Source of the DNA: Arcobacteraceae bacterium
Lineage (GTDB): Bacteria; Campylobacterota; Campylobacteria; Campylobacterales; Arcobacteraceae
DNA length: 41,387 nucleotides
NCBI GenBank assembly: GCA_048268245.1
Contig: JBLWVX010000021.1
Location: 1 to 41,387, forward strand
Direction: 5' to 3'
Position numbers and translations under genes: made by a program. This document shows, in pieces, positions 35,750-41,387 of this stretch (positions are counted from its first letter, which is position 1; the number at the start of each line of letters is the position of its first letter). The notes under the pieces are model-generated. The model searched no databases. It saw nothing but the letters and a program-made list of their open reading frames with translations, and was not told where the DNA came from.

Positions 35750-36865
35750 TTATGGGTTAACCGTCGCTTTAAAGCTAGCTTTTCCACCTTTAATCTCTTT
35801 AATAACTGCTGATCTTGTAGCATTACCTTCATTATTAATAGTAATTTTTCCTGAAACACCATCAAAATCAGTTGTTTTTTTAATCTCATTATTTACACAA
35901 ATAGAATCAGTTGGATCTTCACATCTGTTCATTGCATCAATTAAGATATTATAAGTATCTGCACCTAAAGCAGTAAATGAGTTCATCTCAGCTTTTCCAG
36001 TCTCTTTTTCATGGAACTTAACGAAGTCAGCTGAAGTTTGAGATGGAGGGTTTGTATAATCAAAGAAGTCTGTAAACATGTAACCTTCTACTGACTCACC
36101 ACCTAAGTCAATAAATGTTTGGTTAGCAACACCATCACCACTAAACATAGGTTTGTCTAATCCTAATTGTTTAGATTGTCTAGCAATCATAGAAGCTTCT
36201 GGGTGATATAAAGGCATAAACATAAAGTCAGGGTTGATTTTTTTGATTTGTGAAACTACAGCTTTAAAGTCTTTATCTCCTGAAGTAACTCTGATAGTTT
36301 TTACAATCTCACCACCACTTTTCTTAAATGCTTTTTGGAATGCTTTAGCAAGTCCTAATGAATAAACTTGTGCTTGGTCAACTACAACTACAGCTGTTTT
36401 ATAACCTTGGTCTTTTGCATAGTTTGCAACAACTTCACCTTGGAATGAGTCAGTAAAACAAACTCTGTTTGCAAAAGTTCTTCTTGCAGTTAATCTATCA
36501 TTTGTAGCAACAGAAGCGATAACAGGTACTTTTTTCTTATCAGCAATTGCGATAGTTTGAGCAGTATTTGTAGATGTAAGTGCACCTAAAATAGCAACTA
36601 CTTTATCAGATGAAATTAATCTAGTTGTAGCATTTGCAGTTTCAACTTTATCACCTTTATTATCAATTAATACTAATTTAATAGTATCTCCATTTTTAAG
36701 TGTTGGTTGTAATTTATGAGCTAGTTCAACTCCTAAATTTGTTACTTGCCCATATGCAGCTAATGGTCCAGACATTGGCATAACTGCTCCAACCTTAATC
36801 TCTTTGGCTATTGCAACACCACAAGTCAAGGCAGATGCAAGAGCTAAACTTAATACTTTTTTCAT
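35750..36865 (-). CDS. livK: Branched-chain amino acid ABC transporter periplasmic binding protein (LivJ/LivK family)
   Basis: Signal peptide, IKVGAVMPMSG, RVCFTDSFQG, DFKAVVSQIK and FDGVSGKITI; first gene of the liv operon. Confidence 0.88.
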   Translation of the reverse strand: MKKVLSLALASALTCGVAIAKEIKVGAVMPMSGPLAAYGQVTNLGVELAHKLQPTLKNGDTIKLVLIDNKGDKVETANATTRLISSDKVVAILGALTSTNTAQTIAIADKKKVPVIASVATNDRLTARRTFANRVCFTDSFQGEVVANYAKDQGYKTAVVVVDQAQVYSLGLAKAFQKAFKKSGGEIVKTIRVTSGDKDFKAVVSQIKKINPDFMFMPLYHPEASMIARQSKQLGLDKPMFSGDGVANQTFIDLGGESVEGYMFTDFFDYTNPPSQTSADFVKFHEKETGKAEMNSFTALGADTYNILIDAMNRCEDPTDSICVNNEIKKTTDFDGVSGKITINNEGNATRSAVIKEIKGGKASFKATVNP

Positions 36866-36982
36866 TCATTCTCCTTTTGTTAAAAACAATACAACAATTT
36901 TATGGAAAAGTTATGTAAAACTAGCTTATTCGAAATCATTTTTTATAGGAAAATTACATATTTTATTCACTTTTTATATATT

Positions 36983-38896
36983 TTATACAATTGTGTTCTT
37001 CCCATTGGCTTTTGCAGTATATAAAGCCTTATCAGCTCGTATAATAATATCATCAATACTATTATCACTTTTAATGTAACTTGCACTACCTACACTAATT
37101 GTATAGTTACACTTTTTATTTTTGTGTAGATTATTGAATTCTTCAATTTTATCTACAAGCTTAGTAGCAACCTTCTTTGAAGCTTCTTTTGTTGTATTAG
37201 GAAGCAGTATCAAGAACTCATCTCCTCCAAATCTAATTAATAAGTCATTTTTTCGAATAGTGTTTCTAGTTAGTTTTGCAAAATCTTTTATAACTTCATC
37301 ACCAATATCATGACCAAAATTATCATTTATACTTTTAAAATCATCAATATCAATTAAAAGCAATGATAAATCACTATGTTCTCTTTTTACTATTTCAAAG
37401 TAGCCTTCAATAAACTCATCTAAAAATCTTCTATTATATGCTCCACTTAAAGGGTCAGTGTTTGCTAGTTTTTCAACCAATACTCTTTTTGTTTCAGATT
37501 TCACAAGTTTTCGAGTTCTTATTTCTAGCTCTTTTGTCATTTGGTTAAAGTTATCACTTAACTTATCTATCTCTTCTATTCCACAGTTTTCTAACTTACC
37601 AATACTTTTTGTTTTTCCTAAATTTCTTGTAAGTTCAACCACTTTCATCAAAGGTTTGTTTATATCATTCACTAAACACTTTGCTTTATAGTAAAGGAAG
37701 ATAAAAAATAAAAAATAAAAAATTAAAATACATGCAATTATTAAATACCCAAGTTTTTTATAATCACTTTTTAAAGTGTTTATTTTCTCAAGTATTTTAT
37801 CTTCTGGTATCAAAGAAATAATATGCCAAGATGTTTTTTCAAGTTTTTTAGAGAAAATTAAATAGTTTTTTTCTTTAAAACTTATCTTATGACTGTAAGG
37901 TTTTGAAGCTAATATATTTTTAAAATTATTTGCAGCTTTTTCATCATGAAAATTTAGTAAATTAAATTTATCTGATTTATAAATAGTTTTATCTATTAAC
38001 AAACTATTTGTGTAATCATAGGGAGTAACCTCTTCAATATTTAATATATTTTCTATTCCCTTTGGCATAGCTATTATTTTCCCATCTGAGGCTAAAATAA
38101 AAGATTTACCATCATATGGTAATTTTATATTTAAAAACTCTTTAATAAAAGTATCAATTGTAACATCAATTCCTGATACACCTTCAAGTTTGTTGTTATT
38201 ATAAATTGGTGCAACATTACTTATCATCCAACCCTTTCCAGCAGGGTCTAAGTATACATCTGTCCAAGTAGGTTTTTTAGAAGGATTATTTTTTTCTAAA
38301 GCTTTAGTATAGTAATTATAATTAGTCATTTCCAAATTCTTTGGAAATACATTAAATACATCAGGTATATAAGGATAGTATCTACTATAATTATCTTTTG
38401 AGTTAAAATATGCTGCTATGATACTTTTGTCATTTTGAACTATTGATTTAAAAGTTCTATCAAAATACTCAGTTTTATATAGTGTATCTTCTAAACTTTT
38501 ATTTAGAGAGGTATCTCTTGATAAGATTACTGAACTTCCACCATTGTCTATGTGTTTGTAATAAACACCATAAGGAGAATATTTAAATAACTTTTTATCA
38601 CTTTTATACTCAAATAATTTAGGATTAGAGAAAAAATGTTCATGTTCATTTTGTATGATTTTAGTTAAGTTTTCAACTTGTGAAAACTTATTTGATAGAT
38701 TTTCAATACGTGATTCTACGAGTTCATAAGTATTTTCTTTTATGTCTTTTAGCATAAAATTAACACTTGTTGTTGTCATGTTATTATTTACAGAGAAGTA
38801 AATAAAAATCAATAAAACTTCAATTAGTAATAAAGATGTTAATGAAGTTTTTAAGTAGTTTTTATAGATTAGTTTTTCTAACAATATTTTTTTCAT
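36983..38896 (-). CDS. Membrane diguanylate cyclase (Cache sensor, HAMP, GGDEF)
   Basis: TM, Cache domain (WTDVYLDPAGKGWMIS..APIY...GVSGIDV), TM, HAMP (EIDKLSDNFNQM), then TDPLSGAYNRR, DIDDFKSINDNFGH, RKND I-site and RFGGDEF. Confidence 0.92.
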   Translation of the reverse strand: MKKILLEKLIYKNYLKTSLTSLLLIEVLLIFIYFSVNNNMTTTSVNFMLKDIKENTYELVESRIENLSNKFSQVENLTKIIQNEHEHFFSNPKLFEYKSDKKLFKYSPYGVYYKHIDNGGSSVILSRDTSLNKSLEDTLYKTEYFDRTFKSIVQNDKSIIAAYFNSKDNYSRYYPYIPDVFNVFPKNLEMTNYNYYTKALEKNNPSKKPTWTDVYLDPAGKGWMISNVAPIYNNNKLEGVSGIDVTIDTFIKEFLNIKLPYDGKSFILASDGKIIAMPKGIENILNIEEVTPYDYTNSLLIDKTIYKSDKFNLLNFHDEKAANNFKNILASKPYSHKISFKEKNYLIFSKKLEKTSWHIISLIPEDKILEKINTLKSDYKKLGYLIIACILIFYFLFFIFLYYKAKCLVNDINKPLMKVVELTRNLGKTKSIGKLENCGIEEIDKLSDNFNQMTKELEIRTRKLVKSETKRVLVEKLANTDPLSGAYNRRFLDEFIEGYFEIVKREHSDLSLLLIDIDDFKSINDNFGHDIGDEVIKDFAKLTRNTIRKNDLLIRFGGDEFLILLPNTTKEASKKVATKLVDKIEEFNNLHKNKKCNYTISVGSASYIKSDNSIDDIIIRADKALYTAKANGKNTIV

Positions 38897-38993
38897 AATA
38901 ATTCTTTGTATGTATTTTTTACATTATATCTTAAACCTTAAGTTATTTTTTACTTATCATGAAAAGAATATCAGTTATCAATTTAAATATATA

Positions 38994-39041
38994 TTAATTC
39001 ATTTCTAAACTCATTAAGTACATATCAACTGATGTAAACAT
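38994..39041 (-). CDS. Putative 15-aa small protein MFTSVDMYLMSLEMN
   Basis: GGAGGGA SD 9 nt upstream, TATAAT at 39109-39114 on the minus strand, and a 7-bp hairpin in the leader. Confidence 0.35.
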   Translation of the reverse strand: MFTSVDMYLMSLEMN

Positions 39042-39209
39042 ATCATTAATTCCCTCCAATAAGAGGATTTAGATTTAAAAATCCTTCACATAATGAGAAA
39101 AAGCTCTAATTATACTAGATTTATAAAAAATATATACTACTATATACTTTATCATATACCATTTTTAATGTATTTATGAATAAATTAATACACAATCAAA
39201 TACAAAAAA

Positions 39210-41306
39210 TTATACTTTTAATCTATTTTCAGAAGCTTTTACAGAAGGACTGATTTTTGGTGTACAATCAATAATCATTGGTTTAATCTTATATTTTCCT
39301 GGTACTTTTTCTTTTAATAATTTATTTAACTCTTGTATATCATTGTATTTATTTGGTTCATTAAATATATCACATTTATACCAAAGTACTAAAAAAATTC
39401 CTTCTTGTCTTCCTTCTGCTTTAATATATAAGGGTAATTGAGATTCAATTCCATGAATTAATAAATTATGATGAGCATTTTTCAATTCAATACATACATT
39501 CATTGATTCATTTTCTTTTGTATAGTGTAAATGAAAATCTAAACTACCATCAGCAGCCATAGTTTCTCTAAATACTTTAATTCCTTTTATAGAACATATA
39601 TCTTTAATCATATTATAAATAATAGTTTGTGCATCAACTTCTTTTACAGGTTTCTTATCATGCCATAAAGATTTATGTAATCCTGCAAATTCAATAGATT
39701 TTTTTATTGTTAGTTCAAGCATTTTATAACACCAATCTAAAAAGTCCCTATGATTTACTATCTCAATAAAAAGAAGTTTTTTTATATCTAAGAATTCATC
39801 TTTATAATTTTTTTCATTTAGTTTTGCTAAAAAACTATTTTTGATTTTTTGAAATGTATCAAAATTAGTTATTGAATATAATTTGTGATGAATAAGTTTA
39901 TTATTTTTTATATCTATATGATTAACTAAAAAGTTTGAAATAAAACTTGAATTTATTTCCTCTTTTTTTATTTCAAATGGAAATAACTCTTTTTCAAATA
40001 ATTCATAAAGTACTTCTATTAAAAAATCCTTGTGAGGATAATATTTGCCACCATGCTTTGCTTTTTCTAATGTAAAGTCTTTGTAAACAGCCTTATTGTT
40101 TTCTATTGTAAAGTCTGGATGAAAGAATGAAGGTATTATGATACTTACTAAACTAGTATGTTCTGTATTATTAATACTATCACTTAAAAATGTAATAGGC
40201 ATACCACCAAATACTAAATTTGTACTATCTAAAAATGTATAAATTGGATCTTCAAAGAGATTAGTAATATTTGAAAATTCAACTTTTATATTATTATCTA
40301 TATCAACAGTAGTAAATTCTTCATTTTCTTTTGAAATAGTGAAAGATATTATTGTATAGATATTATCAAAATTAAGCCCATCAAAGTTTGGTTCAGCTAA
40401 TTCTATAGATGTATTATCTAGTGTAAAATTTTCAGGATGAAAATTTAAATTTTCTTTTAAAATTAAGCTTTGCTCTTCATCAATGTAATTTTCATAATTA
40501 TCAATAATATCTCTTATTTGCTCAGTAGGTTCAAATTGAAATAAATTATTATATAAAGTTAATTTGTTCAGTAAAAAACTAATAATCAATTTTTTACTAT
40601 CATCTGAAATATGTTTATTTTTATTTAATTCATATAATTCTTTTTCAATGGTTTTAAATATTTCAACTTTATGGTTTTTTGATATATGAAGTTTTAAAAG
40701 TATTTCTATTAATGTCGTATATGATTTATTTAAAGATTCTATAAATAAATCAATTTCTTTTTCTTGATATTTAGATGGCTCTTTTAGTGTATTTAATATA
40801 ATTTTCTTTCTAATATCAATAGCTTCAGTAGCAACACTTTCTGGAATATATCTTATAAATTTATCCCATTCATTTTGAAATGATATGCTTTCACTATTTA
40901 TTAACAACAATTTATTCATAATTGAAATATTTGGATTAAGTAAAATAACATTTATTAAAGCTACAAGTTTTTCAAATGATTGTTCACTAATAGTTTTTCT
41001 AATTTCTTTAATTATATCTGTAGTAAATTGCTCATAAATATCTAATATATCAAGTTCTATATTATTACCATTATTATCAACTCCATTAATTTTAGCAACA
41101 TATAAACTACTTGAAATTTTCACAATAAATTTTTCATTTGAGAACTTCTTATAATATATAATTGTTTCAATATAAGTTTTTAGTAAATTAATTAATCTTT
41201 CACTATTTGCTAAAATTTCATGTCTTTTTTTTGCTTGAAAGAAACTGTTTATTTCATTTAAGTTTTTAATAAAATCTGAACTTTTACATTCTTTAATATA
41301 TTCCAA
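39210..41306 (-). CDS. 698-aa hypothetical protein with a C-terminal PD-(D/E)xK-like nuclease domain
   Basis: TTG start with an AGGA SD; C-terminal E..AQ...RE....GSLDF...CIELK...QLPLY...GIFLVLW; very AT-rich. Confidence 0.7.
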   Translation of the reverse strand: MEYIKECKSSDFIKNLNEINSFFQAKKRHEILANSERLINLLKTYIETIIYYKKFSNEKFIVKISSSLYVAKINGVDNNGNNIELDILDIYEQFTTDIIKEIRKTISEQSFEKLVALINVILLNPNISIMNKLLLINSESISFQNEWDKFIRYIPESVATEAIDIRKKIILNTLKEPSKYQEKEIDLFIESLNKSYTTLIEILLKLHISKNHKVEIFKTIEKELYELNKNKHISDDSKKLIISFLLNKLTLYNNLFQFEPTEQIRDIIDNYENYIDEEQSLILKENLNFHPENFTLDNTSIELAEPNFDGLNFDNIYTIISFTISKENEEFTTVDIDNNIKVEFSNITNLFEDPIYTFLDSTNLVFGGMPITFLSDSINNTEHTSLVSIIIPSFFHPDFTIENNKAVYKDFTLEKAKHGGKYYPHKDFLIEVLYELFEKELFPFEIKKEEINSSFISNFLVNHIDIKNNKLIHHKLYSITNFDTFQKIKNSFLAKLNEKNYKDEFLDIKKLLFIEIVNHRDFLDWCYKMLELTIKKSIEFAGLHKSLWHDKKPVKEVDAQTIIYNMIKDICSIKGIKVFRETMAADGSLDFHLHYTKENESMNVCIELKNAHHNLLIHGIESQLPLYIKAEGRQEGIFLVLWYKCDIFNEPNKYNDIQELNKLLKEKVPGKYKIKPMIIDCTPKISPSVKASENRLKV

Positions 41307-41387
41307 AATTAATCCTAGTTTTTTTGATAAAGTTAATTTTTATAATTTAACTTATGAAAGTCTTAAGTAAATATGTTTAAATTATCT

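Noticed and set aside
33492..37691. Plus-strand ORFs within the liv genes and the GGDEF gene
   Set aside because: Antisense shadows of well-supported genes.
39125..39160. Short TATATAC-like repeats as an operator
   Set aside because: Low complexity in very AT-rich DNA; not distinguishable from chance.

Overview
AT-rich chromosomal window that looks like an Arcobacteraceae-type Campylobacterota genome, judged from gene order and protein types. Most of it is core genome: TonB, an MTHFR-like protein, sodB, speB, rodA divergent from rluD-flpA-trmB-ftsE-ftsX-envC, a DUF234-type protein, an FkbM methyltransferase, an ABC-F ATPase, dapD, priA, a pseudopilin, a TerB-like protein, the livKHMGF operon and a Cache-HAMP-GGDEF cyclase. 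Two parts look accessory. (1) A 3037-aa lipoprotein with an unusual modular architecture (helical N-terminus, two Asp-rich C2-like domains with hydrophobic helical inserts, a propeller, PKD/Ig repeats, an ELWxxDGT propeller and a DUF1566-type tip) lies tail-to-tail with a 7TM-DISM kinase/response regulator pair. (2) A very AT-rich 698-aa orphan ends in a PD-(D/E)xK-like nuclease domain and is a candidate anti-phage gene. Reading the intergenic DNA also showed a collapsed REC-EAL pseudogene, a probable ATT start codon, a ZapB/ZapA-like pair, two probable leaderless starts and a 15-codon ORF with its own promoter and SD. No rRNA, tRNA, CRISPR array, transposase, integrase or reverse transcriptase was seen. 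All domain calls are by-eye motif recognition, not database searches.
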